Shown here one piece after another: positions 40,813 through 54,233 of a stretch of 64,000 bases of DNA (the stretch's first letter is position 1; each line of letters opens with the position of its first letter). The stretch lies in assembly GCA_964016885.1 (NCBI GenBank), contig OZ024740.1, forward strand, positions 393,328,001 to 393,392,000, written 5' to 3'. Both the position numbers and the translations under genes were made by a program. The notes beneath the pieces are model-generated. The model had not been told where the DNA came from, did no database searches, and was given only the letters and a program-made list of their open reading frames with translations. The stretch is from Eledone cirrhosa. Its lineage: Eukaryota.

Positions 40813-41294
40813 GCATATATATATATATATACACATACGCATACATCCAGATACCCACATACATACACACACACACACACACACACGCACACACAATACA
40901 TACATCCACATGCACACACATACTCACACACACACACACACACATACATACACCCACACACAGAGAAATGGCCTTCAAATATATATATATATATATACAT
41001 ACAGACATATATTTTTTCCATAATATAAGAAGTTGGGGCAGTGAAATTAAAATACAAGTCATTCTGATCACATTGAGTTCTTCATGTAGATTGGGCCCCG
41101 CAACCGACAGTGGTGAATTCTGTGTGCGCATATATATATAGATATATGTGTGTGCACGTGCAGGGTTTAACATGGATGTGTTGGTCACACAAAGGCATGG
41201 TCTGTCAATGAATAAACCTGATTCTACAGAATTGGTCTCTGGTCTTTAATAGTAGTGATTCCGTGCGTATGTGTGTTTATATTTTATGACAATT

Positions 41295-42293
41295 CTATTG
41301 GGGTGATAACCCGTTTAGTTTTGGTTTAAATTTGTTAAGGAATAGATTTTCTTTGTTTATTCTTTGTTGTTGTGTGAACGAATCTGAGCACTTGTAGAAG
41401 GGGAAGATTTTAAAGTTGGGTAGTGTCATTCCTGCGCAGTTCGCAATATGGCTGCTCAAGGGGATTTTTCTTGTGTTAGCGTCCCGGATTTGTTGGCGGT
41501 GGATGGTCATTCTTTTGCGTAATGAGGTGCCCGTCTGTCCTATGTAGTTGTGTTTGCACCCACCGCAAGTTATTGCGTAAATCAAGTTCTCCGAGTTGCA
41601 GGTGAAATTGTTTTTTACTGTAAATGTTTGGCCATCTTTGAATGTAAATGTTTGTCCTTCAGTGAGGTAGAGGCACGTTCCACAGTTTGTTCTACCACAT
41701 TTGGTAACTGTAGGGTTGAGGATTGGTTTGGGTATATTTGGTCCAGTGAGAATGCGTTTAAGTGATTTGGGTTGTCTTTTACTTTTAAGGATCTTGTGTG
41801 TTTCAAGAATAGACTTCATTTTTACATCTTTAAGTAGGATGGGGAGGTTTTTGTGTAGGTGATCAAACATTTCGGTATTTCTGGGGTTGAAAGTGGATAC
41901 ATATGGCAGGGTGTTGAGTGTGGTTTTCTGTTTTGGATTGTTAAGTTGATGGGGATTTAGGTGTTTTGCCCTGTCTATTCCATTGTTGATTATTTCAAGT
42001 GGAAAGGCTCTTAAGATAAGGGTGTCTTTTAGTTCCTTTAGTCTTTGCTCCCGTTTAGGTGGATCTGATACTATGGTACATATACGTTTGGCCAAATTGT
42101 AAGGAATGTTAAGTTTTGTATGTTTTGGGTGACTTGATGTGAAAAAGAGGTATTGCTTGGAATCTGTGGGTTTATAGAATATATCTGTATCTAATTTCCC
42201 GTCTATTACAGAGATGAGAATATCCAAGAAGGCTAATTCCTTAGGATTGGATTCCATTGTGAATTGTATGTTATTATCTATGTTGTTTATCAT
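41295..42293 (-). CDS. PLE RT thumb + GIY-YIG endonuclease (partial)
   Basis: 332-aa ORF with a CCHH-type GIY-YIG domain. Confidence 0.88.
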   Translation of the reverse strand: MINNIDNNIQFTMESNPKELAFLDILISVIDGKLDTDIFYKPTDSKQYLFFTSSHPKHTKLNIPYNLAKRICTIVSDPPKREQRLKELKDTLILRAFPLEIINNGIDRAKHLNPHQLNNPKQKTTLNTLPYVSTFNPRNTEMFDHLHKNLPILLKDVKMKSILETHKILKSKRQPKSLKRILTGPNIPKPILNPTVTKCGRTNCGTCLYLTEGQTFTFKDGQTFTVKNNFTCNSENLIYAITCGGCKHNYIGQTGTSLRKRMTIHRQQIRDANTRKIPLSSHIANCAGMTLPNFKIFPFYKCSDSFTQQQRINKENLFLNKFKPKLNGLSPQ

Positions 42294-42300
42294 GTTTTTA

Positions 42301-42349
<49 letters not shown>

Positions 42350-42697
42350 GTATATGTATGTATGTGTGGATGAAGGTATGTGTGTATATATAGGTGTAAG
42401 TGCACTAAATCCTTTTCTATCACGCTCCACTCTCCTACCCATCACAGGAAGATATGTGTGTGTATATTGCTTCCACCACCTCACTGACCAGCAGCTGGCG
42501 ATTGCTAAATCTGACCTTTATAAAATAACCCACACCCCAAATAACTTCTCATTCACTACCAGAAAGGGACACAGCAGTCAACCTGTTGTTGCTACCTAGA
42601 TGAAAACTGCTATGAAATCCCACAATGAATTTTATACTTGAATTTTCAAGTCTCAAATTTTAACTCTTCGTATTATTAATTTTTCTTAATATTAATC

Positions 42698-42745
42698 AAC
42701 ATTTGAAAAGATGGCTTTTGCAGACCCATCGAAACCGGTCATTTT
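42698..42745 (+). ncRNA. Type I HHR with U3-A8 core (identical copy at ~40037-40084 on minus)
   Basis: AACAT-TTGAAAA-GATGG..CCATC-GAAA-CCGG-TC-ATTTT; one mismatch in stem I. Confidence 0.65.
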
Positions 42746-42842
42746 TTATACCCTTTATTATTTCCTTACCTTATAAAATTATGTTTTTTCACAAAAAAGT
42801 ATTCTGTCTCTTATATATTCCATGTGCCATTACCAACCTCAA

Positions 42843-42940
<98 letters not shown>

Positions 42941-43069
42941 ATGTATGTCTCTATATTTATGTATGTCTGAGTGTGTGTGTATGTGTGGTTGTGTGTATAT
43001 ATACATGGGTATGTGTGTGTTTATGTATATATATGTATATGTATGTGTATGTGTATGTATGTGTGTATA

Positions 43070-43110
<41 letters not shown>

Positions 43111-43160
43111 ATGTATGTGTGTATGTGTGTGTACATATATGTATATATGTGTGTTATGTG

Positions 43161-43202
<42 letters not shown>

Positions 43203-44046
43203 TGTATTTATATGTATGAGTATATGTTTTACTTGTTTTTATGTATATGCATACAAACAGGTTAAGTATGTGTATGCGTGTGTGTGTACGTATGTATGTA
43301 TCGAACGTATGGATGTGTAAATGTGCGTATGTATATAAGCATGTATATTTTATGTCTCTCTTTTATGTTTTTTTATGTTTTTTTTATATTTCTTTTGTGA
43401 GACATTCGCGTCTGTGTATGTACGTACCCCCCCCCCTTATTTTTTTTTGTTCCCCCGTTTTTAAGTTTTTTCCTTATATAAAAAATTTTTTTTTATTTCT
43501 AACTTTATAGATACATTTTTATAAATAAGCTGAGTTTGACACTCTCCTTTAATTACTTACTCCCTTACCTCCTTTTAATTCTGCATCTAAATGTAAGTGT
43601 GTGTGGGCGTGTTTATGTGTGCGCCTCAATATCCATATAGTTTTAATAATAATATATACGTATGTGTGTGTGTGTGTGTGTGTATATATGTGTGTGTTCG
43701 TAGGTATGTGTGTGTTTATGTATATATGCGTGTGTGTGTGTGAATGTATGTATATGTGTGTATATATGTATGTATATATATATGTATATGTATGTATATT
43801 TTGTCTGTAGATTATAAACATACAGATACATTAGCCTTAAATTTTTATATTTACATACACTTTTTCGACATGCGTATGCATGTGAACATACATTTTTATA
43901 CATATCTGTGAACGAATTTACTTACATATATACACACACCTAACTGTATTTTCTTGATGAATTTTTATGTATTTCATTGGTCTATTTAAAATCTGTTCCC
44001 AAACAGACCTGTAATTTTAAATTGTTGTTATTATCAATAAATATAC

Positions 44047-44189
44047 TTCATTATTTCTGAAGACAGCATATATATATGATGGTATGTATATTCTCCTTGA
44101 TAGTTTGTATAATTTTGTACATAGATCTTTTGAATATGCATGCCAATTCTAACACATATATGTCCTAGAAACGATCGTTAAATAATGAA
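44047..44189 (+). ncRNA. Type I HHR with ~100-nt stem II
   Basis: TTCATTATTT-CTGAAGA-(104 nt)-GAAA-CGATCG-TT-AAATAATGAA; perfect 10-bp stem I. Confidence 0.75.
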
Positions 44190-44249
44190 CTTTTTTTGTT
44201 TAATATAAGGAACTGTTTCTTTGTTTTATTCATTATTTTTTTAATATTT

Positions 44250-44282
<33 letters not shown>

Positions 44283-44283
44283 T

Positions 44284-44347
<64 letters not shown>

Positions 44348-44348
44348 A

Positions 44349-44410
<62 letters not shown>

Positions 44411-44416
<6 letters not shown>

Positions 44417-44980
44417 ATAGGTAAATATTTAAATTATATTTTTTAAAATCTTGTTTTAAAAAATTGGTTGAATTTTGCTTGTTCTGCTTATCTTAATATT
44501 ATAGTTCTGGTATGTCAAATTAATACCATAGAACAACCTTAAAGCATAGACAACCTATATATTTCCAGGGGTACTTAGTATCCACGGGCATATTAACTTC
44601 TTCTATTAATATTCTCCGTTATGTTGAGAACAAATCTGTTGTTTATATTTAGCTGCTATTTTTAGTAACGAGATAGACAACACGTCTATGCTTTTCCCGC
44701 TTTCACCTCGGGTAGTTCACGTACAGGTCATTTTTCGGGCTTTCGAATCTGTGCTAGCTGGCAGATAACAATATATTTTATCGTTCCTGGGTCTTTAGCC
44801 CTAGGAAAGGAAAATGCTTCTCTGATGAGCTTTGATTTTCCATTGGATATCCATTGGATTTCTGGTGTTTTACAAAGCGAAACCGATCGGTAAGGGCCAA
44901 AAGAATAGGTAAATATTTAAATTATACTTTTTAAAATTGTGTTTTAAAAAATTGGTTGAATTTTGCTTGTTCTGCTGATC

Positions 44981-44985
<5 letters not shown>
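44411..44985 (+). mobile_element. Retrozyme-like element: 488-bp unit plus ~85-bp terminal direct repeat
   Basis: AAAAGAATAGGTAAATATTTAAATTATA..TCTTAATAT at 44411 and 44899; HHR immediately before the second repeat; (TA)n both sides. Confidence 0.82.
44816..44897 (+). ncRNA. Type I HHR
   Basis: TTCT-CTGATGA-GCTTTG..CAAAGC-GAAA-CCGATCGG-TA-AGGG. Confidence 0.85.
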
Positions 44986-45040
<55 letters not shown>

Positions 45041-47268
45041 TAGTGAGGTGTTCAGGATTGCTAGGCAATGTGTCAAGGAAAACCGTGATATTGTCGGGGA
45101 GAAGTGTGTACTTAATGATGACGGCGTACTTGCCATCACCGACACTGATAAGAAGGTAGCTTGGAAGTGTCACTATGAAAGGCTACTAAATGAGGAGATT
45201 AAATAGGAGAAAGACAGTCTCCCCCACATCGACCCAATAGAGAGACCAGCAGTGTTAGTCGAGGGTAGTATAATAAGTAAGGCAATCAAAGATATGAAGA
45301 CGGGTAAGGCGGCTGGGCCTTCGGAAATAGTTGCCGAGATGCTGAAGGCATCTGGTACGGTGGGACACACCATGGTCACCCGGATAGTTAACCAAGTCGT
45401 ACAGAATGGGGTTGTTCCGAAGGACTGGCGTAGCAGCATCATCGTTAACTGTTATAAGGGTAAAGGAGATGCCCTAGATAGGAGTAACTATAGAGGCATT
45501 AAATTAATCGACCAGGTCATGAAGGTCACGTAAAAAGTAATAGCGCAACTAATCAGAGAGCGAATTGATCTAGATGAAATGCAGTTCGGGTTTGTGTCAG
45601 GCAAAAGTACCACAGACGCTCTTTTCATTGTACGACAACTACAGGAGAAGTACCTAGCTAAAAGTAAACCCCTATACTTAGCTTTTGTCGACTTGGAGAA
45701 AGCCTTCGACAGAGTCCCCCGTTCCATTATCTGGTGGGCTCTTAGAAAACTAGGTGTTGATGAATGGCTTGTGAGAGCTATACAAGCCATGTATAAAGAA
45801 ACAGTCAGCAAGGTTAGAATTGACAACGAATATAGTGAAGAGTTTAGCGTAAAAGTTGGCATCCATCAGGGCTCTGTTCTCAGCTCCCTACTATTTATTA
45901 TTGCCCTTCAGGCTATAACAGAGGAGTTCAAGACCGGTTGCCCATGGGAACTCCTATACGCAGATGACCTAACACTCATAGCTGAATCAATGGCCGAGCT
46001 AGAGAAGAAATTCCAAACATGGAAGCATGGCCTAGAATCAAAAACCCTTAAAATTAACCTGGCTAAGACTAAAGTTCTAGTTTGTAAGAAAGAAAATAAG
46101 GTGGCGGTCCCTTCCGGGAAGTGGCCATGCTCAGTGTGTAGGAAAGGCGTAGGTAGAAACTCCATTTTGTGTCCCAAATGCAAAGTATGGGTGCATAAAA
46201 GATGTAGTGGCATCACAGGTAAGCTAACTAAGAACATAGATTTTATATGTGGCCGGTGCTCTGGTGCAATAAGTAGCAGCAAATGCCCACAAAATACTAG
46301 CTCTTTCAACTGCGCAGAGGGTTCTATAGAAATAGTGGACAGCTTCCGTTACCTGGGTGACAAAATCAGCAGTGGGGGAGGGTGCTCTGAAAGTACAGTA
46401 GCTAGAGTCAGAACTGGATGGAAAAAGTTCAGAGAGCTTATACCACTATTAGCCGCTAAAGGGTTCTCCCTAAAAATGAAAGGCATGTTGTATGATGCCT
46501 GCATACGAACAGCAATGTTGCATGGCAGTGAGACCTGGGCATTGTGTGCAGAGGATATATGCAGACTAGAGAGGAACGAAGCTTGCATGCTCCGCTGGAT
46601 GTGTAATAGTAATATACGTGAACGGCAAAGCATAAACGAACTAAGGAAAAAATTAAAAATAAGAGGGATCAGATGTTGTTTACTCAAGAGAAGGCTACGT
46701 TGGTACGGACACGTGATGCGCATGAAAGTCGATAGCTGTATAACAAAGTGCAGGGCAATAAAGATAGACGGTAGCTACGGAATAGGCAGACCTAGAAAAT
46801 CTTGGGACGAGCTGATAAACTCCGACCTCACACACTTACACCTCTCCAAGACAATGTCACTGGACCGAGACCTTTGGCGGTACTCAGTAATAGAGAAGAC
46901 CCGCCTTACCTAAATACATAGTAAAACCTACTACAGCCAGTAGGCATCTCTAACAGAATACACCCCCGTCCCACCACCCACACCCCATCCACACCATCCC
47001 CTCCTATGTAAAGTTATGTTGGTGCCACAACATCCAGGCCGAAACAAATGAGATCGTGTAGGTGTCACGACAAAAAAACACACAGTCCACGCTGTAATGT
47101 GGCCGTGTAGGCAACACGGTAAAAACCTCCCAGTCCCACACTGTAAATGTGGTTGGTGTTAGGAAGGGCATCCAACTGTAGGAAACCTGCCAGACAGTCC
47201 TATGCGAGCAAGACAATCACTCTTGCCTCAAGTGGAACACGGACGTTAAACGTTGATGATGATGATGA

Positions 47269-47269
<1 letters not shown>
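45041..47269 (+). mobile_element. RTE family A, 5'-truncated, with premature stops
   Basis: ORFs 45252-45533 and 45579-46913; UTR; (GAT)n tail. Confidence 0.96.
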
Positions 47270-47318
<49 letters not shown>

Positions 47319-47333
47319 TATATATATATATAT

Positions 47334-50320
47334 ATCATCATCATCATCATCATCATCATCACCGTTTTACGTCCGTTCTTCCACGCTAGCATGGGTTAGA
47401 CGGGTTGTCCTGTTGTGGGCAGTGTCTGGTCGGCTGACCATGCCTTGCTCATACAGGAACTGATCTGGCTTGATTTCTACAGCTGGATGCCCTTCCTAAC
47501 ACCAACCTCATTTACAGTGAGTGCTGGGTGCTTTTTCGTGGCGCCTACACGTCCACTTTACAGTGTGGGCTGGGTGCTTTTTTGCCGTGGCACCTCCACG
47601 ACCACCTTGCGGTGGGGGGGGGGGGCATATTGTTTATATGCTTCAGCATGTACCCATGGGAGGTCGGGTACCCTGTATTACTGCGTGACGCCAGAAGTCA
47701 CGGTCGTGTGTCATTGACTTTGAGAGGTGTAGTTGGGTAAGGTCGGCTTTTATCACCTCATCCCAAGTCATCTTGGGTCTCCCCACTCCGCGGTTTCCAT
47801 CAACTTCTAGTGCTCTGCACCTTTTTATGCAGCTGTCATCCTTCATACGCATCACATGTCCATACCAGCGTAACCGCCTCTCCTGCACGCAGCATTTGAT
47901 TCCTCTTATGCTCAGTCTCTCTCTCAATTCATTTATGCTTTGTCGTTCACGTATATTACTGTTACACATCCATCGGAGCATGCAGGCTTCGTTTCTCTCT
48001 AATCTACGTAAGTCTTCCACCTTCAGCGCCCAGGTCTCACTACCATGCAACATCGCTGTTCGGATACACGCATCATACAGTCTGCCTTTCATTCTGAGGG
48101 AGAAGCCTTTTGCAGCTAGCAGTGGTAGTAGTTCCCTAAACTTCTTCCATCCCGTTCTTACCCTAGTTATTGTACTTTCTGAGCACCCACCTCCGTTGCT
48201 AATTCGGTCACCTAGGTAGCAGAAGCTGTCTACTGTTTCTACAGGGCCCTCCCAGAGATTGGTGGTACTTGTTTCCTGTGGCTGTTTGCTTGCTGTTTCA
48301 GCACAGCTGCTGCATGTGAATCCTACATTCTTAATTAAGCTTCCTGAGATCCCGCTACATCTCTTGTGTACCCATTGTTTGCATTTGGGGCAAAGAATGG
48401 AGTTCCTACCTACACCTTTCCTACATACTGAGCAAGGCCATTTCCCTGAGGGGATCTGGGTTCTGTTTTCTCGTCTACTTATAAGGACCTTAGTCTTTGT
48501 CATGTTGACTTTGAGGCCCTTTCTCTCTAGTCCCTGCTTCCAGGTTTGGAATTTATTCTCTAGTTCTACCTAGATTCAGCTATGAGTGCGAGGTCATCAG
48601 CATACAGGAGTTCCCATGGGCATCCGGTCTTAAACTCCTCCGTTATTGCCTGCAGGACTATGATGAACAGGAGAGGGCTAAGAACAGAGCCCTGGTGGAC
48701 CCCAACCTGTACGCTAAATTCCTCGCTATACTCATTGCCAATCCTAACTTTGCTGACTGCTCCCCTATACATGGCTTGTACCGCTTTCACAAGCCATTCA
48801 TCTACTCCTAGTTTTCTAAGAGCCCACCAGATTACTGCACGTGGAACTCTGTCAAAGGCTTTCTCAAGGTCGACAAATGCCAAGTAGAGTGGCTTACTTT
48901 TAGCTAGGTACTTTTCCTGTAATTGCCTCACAAGGAAGAGCGCATCAGTGGTGCCTTTCCCTGGTACAAACCCAAATTGCATCTCGTCTATATTCACCCG
49001 GTCCCTAATCAGCTGTGCTATAACTCTTTCTGTTACTTTCATGACCTGGTCCATCAACTTTATACCTCTATAGTTTCCTCTATCTAGTGCATCGCCTTTA
49101 CCTTTGTAGCAGTTGACAATGATGCTACTGCACCAATCTTTTGGTATGGCCCCCTCTAGTATTACCTGGTTAACGATACGTGTGGTTATAGTGTGACCTA
49201 CAGACCCAGATGCCTTCAGCATCTCGGCAGCTATACCCGATGGACCGGTTGCCTTCCCTATCTTCATATCTCTGATTGCCTTACTTACTACGCTGCCGCT
49301 GACTTGTACTGCTGGTCCCTGTATAGGGTCTACGTGTTGTAGGGTCTCTTCTTCCCATGCATTCTCCTCATTTAGTAATCTATCATAATGACTCTTCCAT
49401 GCATCTTTCTTCTCAGCACTTGTGAGGGCAAGCTCACCTTTATCATTCCGGATACACTTCTCTCCAATGACATCACAACTATCTCTGACACACTGCCTCG
49501 CAATCTTGAATACCTCCTGTTTCTGGTCCTCACGTTGTAAAACATGCTTGAATTTTCTATCCTCTGCTTCCCTCCTAGCTAAGTATACTTGTCGCCTAGC
49601 TTCCCTCTTGGTCTCTATGTAATGTACCCTGCTCCCCCCGTTCTTCCATTCTTTCCATGCCTGTCTCTTGGCCTTAACTGCTTCATCTACCTTATTGTTC
49701 CACCACCAAGTCACTCTCCTCCTGCTTGAGGTCTTACTCCAGCCACAAACCTCATCCGTCGCCTCTAGTAAGTTATTTTTTAGGAACTCCCAGTTCTCTT
49801 CTACGTTAAATGTCTCTATCTGTTCTTCTTTACTGTCGTAGGCGTTGAGTAAAATATCTTTAAATCTGTTACTGGTTGAGGGGACTTTCAGCTTCCAGAT
49901 CTTTCTTCTCCAGGTTGGCCTCTGTTTCAGGGCTCGTCTAGTTCTGACCGTGAGGTCGCTGACAACTAAGCTATGTTGGGATGTACATTCCTCACTAGGG
50001 AAGGCTTTTGTGTTTACGACCGTCCATCTGTCACGTCCTCTGATGAGGATAAAATCTAACTGACTAGAGTGCTCCCCTGATCTATAGGTGATCAGGTGGT
50101 TGTCGGGTTTTTTAAAGTTTGTGTTACATATCGACATGTCATTGGCGTTGCAGAATTCTAGAAGTCTGAATCCTTCCTCATTCCTTGTGCCAACTCCATG
50201 GCCTCCATGTACTCTATTGAAGCCGTCGCAGTGTTTACCTACGTGTCCGTTAAAATCTCCTGCAATCATTAGGAAGTCCTTGTCGTCTGTTAGAGCAGTA
50301 GTGTGTATTAGGGACTCGTA
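47334..50320 (-). mobile_element. RTE family B, longest copy (part of APE endonuclease + RT), one frameshift near 48570
   Basis: AGDFNGHVG, NEEG, NTNF, SQLDFIL, SQH APE motifs; RT ORFs 48566-50269 and 47643-48503. Confidence 0.97.
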
Positions 50321-50355
50321 ATATATATATATATATCTTCATATATATATATATA

Positions 50356-50409
<54 letters not shown>

Positions 50410-50454
50410 TAAACAAATAATGAACAAACAATTCCTTATATTAAACAAAAAAAG

Positions 50455-50609
50455 TTCACCATTTAACGATCGTTTCTAGGGTATATATGTGTTATAATTG
50501 GTATGCATATTCAACAGATCTATGTACAAAATTATACAAAATTATACAAATTATCAAGATTAAATATACATACCTAACACATATATACGCCGTCTTCAGA
50601 AATAATGAA
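50455..50609 (-). ncRNA. Type I HHR with long stem II
   Basis: Minus strand: TTCATTATTT-CTGAAGA-(116 nt)-GAAA-CGATCG-TT-AAATGGTGAA; stem I retained through G-U pairs. Confidence 0.75.
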
Positions 50610-51428
50610 GTATATTTATTGATAATAACAACAATTCAAAATATCAGTTCAAAATTGACCAATGAAAACACAAAGGGTTAAAAGCAGTTCGGTGTGTGTA
50701 TATACATGTAAAATCCTTACACATATTTTACAATAATGTGTGTATAATTTGTATGCGCATACTAAAAAGATGGATGCAAACACAAAATTTCAAGGTTAAT
50801 ATCTCTGTAAGCTTAATGCGCTGATAAGATGCGCATTGATACTTATGGAGTCAAGCATATAAATATATTTTTTCATACTCACACATATCAGTATAATCAC
50901 ACATACATGCGCGTATATGCATAAATATACACATAACCACGAACATACAAACACACACACTCCCCCACTCACATTTATATATGTGGATATAAAATCATAA
51001 GCACATAGAAATTAAGTCACTCACATAAAACACTGGCACACACATTTCAAGATCAAGATACAGAAATTTGGTGGGAGGGGGGGGGAGGGGTCAGTATTCA
51101 ATTGTCTGAGCAGACTGCCTAATATAAATGTATCTATAAATTAAGAAAAATAAAAAAATAAAAACAATAAAATATAATAAATATAATATAATGTACATAC
51201 ACATACAGATATATATACACATACATACATGTACGCGCACATAGAGATATTTACGCATACACACATACACACATACATATACAGTCATACACACACATAC
51301 ACTTACACGAACATACACATACACATATAAAAGATATATATATACACACACACACGCGCAACACATACACACATACACATATATATAAAAAATAGATAAT
51401 AAAGATATATATCCATATATATATATAT

Positions 51429-51479
<51 letters not shown>

Positions 51480-51572
51480 TATACATATACATACACATAC
51501 ATCTAAATATACATACACATACATACACACATACATGTACATACATGTACATACATATACGCACATCGATAT

Positions 51573-51616
<44 letters not shown>

Positions 51617-51948
51617 TCACATAGACATAAAGATACATACACACACAACTTACATACACACGTATATATATATATATATAGATGTACCTTCATACATAGA
51701 ATTAGATATATAATCATACATACATATGCACCTACTTATACTCATATAAATAAATACATACGCTTCCATATATGTGTATATACATAAAAAACAATACCAC
51801 CTCACCAAACTCAGACATACAAATGAAAATAATAATAAAAAAACGCATATGTATATACATACACACACGCATTAATAGAGATATATATATATACACACAT
51901 ACATACACATATATATATATACATACACACACATATATATACACATAC

Positions 51949-51995
<47 letters not shown>

Positions 51996-51999
51996 TAGA

Positions 52000-52038
<39 letters not shown>

Positions 52039-52130
52039 ATATATATCCACACACTCATACCACCATAAATACACATACAAACACCCACATGTATATATAT
52101 ATATATATATCTATATACACACACGTATAC

Positions 52131-52165
<35 letters not shown>

Positions 52166-52470
52166 CACACACATAAAAAACAGACATGCACATATATATA
52201 TATATATATATTTCATTACTCTTATATATACACATATTATATATACATACACAACCTCACTTATACACATATACACATAAGTTATATTACAATAATAATA
52301 AAGAATAATATACATATATATATATACATATAGATATATATATATATATATATACATACATACATACACATACATACATACACATAAATATATACATACA
52401 TAAATACACACATACGAATAAAAACATATATTCACACATAGACACCTATATATATATACATATATATATC

Positions 52471-52528
<58 letters not shown>

Positions 52529-54233
52529 CACACAGACACACATACACACTCACATATATATATATATATATGTGTATGTGAGTGTGCGCACACACACATA
52601 TATACACACACACATACAAACACACACAAACACATACATATGCATACGTGCACACACACACACATATATCACATAGATACGAAGATAAACATATAAATAG
52701 AGAGACATACATATATATACACAACACATATACACATACATACATACACGCATATACATATACATACATATATACACATATATATATTCCTATATATACA
52801 AGCATACACATACATACACATATATACACATACATACACATATACATACAACACATTCACATACACATACATATATAATACATATATATACATATATATA
52901 CATACATATGTATGTACAATCATATATACACACACAATCTTACATTCATATTTGCATGCTCATATATGTATTTTTATATTTAGATATAAATACCCAAACC
53001 TATATAGACACCTACCTACATATATATTCATACATAGACGCTTACAAATACAGATGATAATAGTATGGGGGAAAGGGGGGGTTTGGAGAAGGGGATCAAA
53101 GTAAATATATGTTTCAAGAAACATATAATATTTTCCGTATCTTAATTCAATGTATGTTCTTACATATTTTCAGTGCTAGGAAATACGAAATCTATGCATC
53201 TCAAAATAAATAAGTATACCATTAATCATATGTTAACTAAACCAAAGATAGTCAACATATTGATTTCTAAGGTGTAAATTAGTTAGGTTTATAATATTTG
53301 AAGCAGAATTTTGAAGTCAAACAGTAGTAGATTATTAATTACATTATAACTAAATTAAAGTTAATAACGTTATGGTATCAATATTAGGAGATGAATTTAG
53401 TAATAGGGAAAAGAAACCCAAATAAAAATAAAATAAAGTATTACATCGGTAGTAGCATATAAATTATATGTTAACTAAATTAAAAATTATATATTTATTT
53501 CAATAGTATACGTTAATTAGTATATGTTAATTAGGTATACAATACATAAAGCAGATATTGTATTTCATCAATAGCATAATATAATTATATGCAAATAAAA
53601 ATCAAAATTAATACGCATACATATACATATACATACACATACACATATACATACATATACACACATATATATATATATATACATATATATACATATATAC
53701 ATATATACACACATAAACATACATACAGATACACATACACAACACACACATATACATATACATATACATATACATATCTTATTCAAAAAATTGCACAGAA
53801 TATATTAACTAGGTATATATCCAAAACACATCCCATTCTATGATTACATGACATTCTGCAATTCGTCTGTATAAGGATACTAATTTTAAGCAAATTAAAA
53901 TTAAAGTTTTAGGTTGATTAAAACTAAAACCAAATAATAAATATATTTCCAAAATGTATATTAATTAGGTCTATAATACTAAAAATTCTTTCTCCGTCAT
54001 TGGATACATGATATTATTTTGTTATATTTTATCTGTAAAAGAATTATAATAAAAGGTTTAAATAAATTAAAATTAATCTATAAATTAAATTACTAAGTAT
54101 ATATTAGTAATATTTAAAGGTTTTTCACAATTTATGATTACATAATATTTTCTCATCTGTAATAAAATATTAATTAAATTAAATTTATAGGTTAACTAAC
54201 ATTTAAATTAAATTAATTTCTAGAATAATGTTA

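Larger units (their letters stand above)
39897..42848 (-). mobile_element. Penelope-like element (Neptune-like) with inverted pseudo-LTR copy
   Basis: ORF 41295-42293 with FLD, YKPTD, CGRTNCGTC, LIYAITCGGC..YIGQT; 39932-40460 is an inverted repeat of 42300-42848. Confidence 0.88.
38122..44250 (+). mobile_element. Naiad-type PLE 3' part (GIY-YIG end plus long microsatellite-rich 3' region), interrupted by another PLE
   Basis: [26 protein letters not shown], stop at 38571; flanking non-coding parts homologous to the reverse of 50403-54233. Confidence 0.8.
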
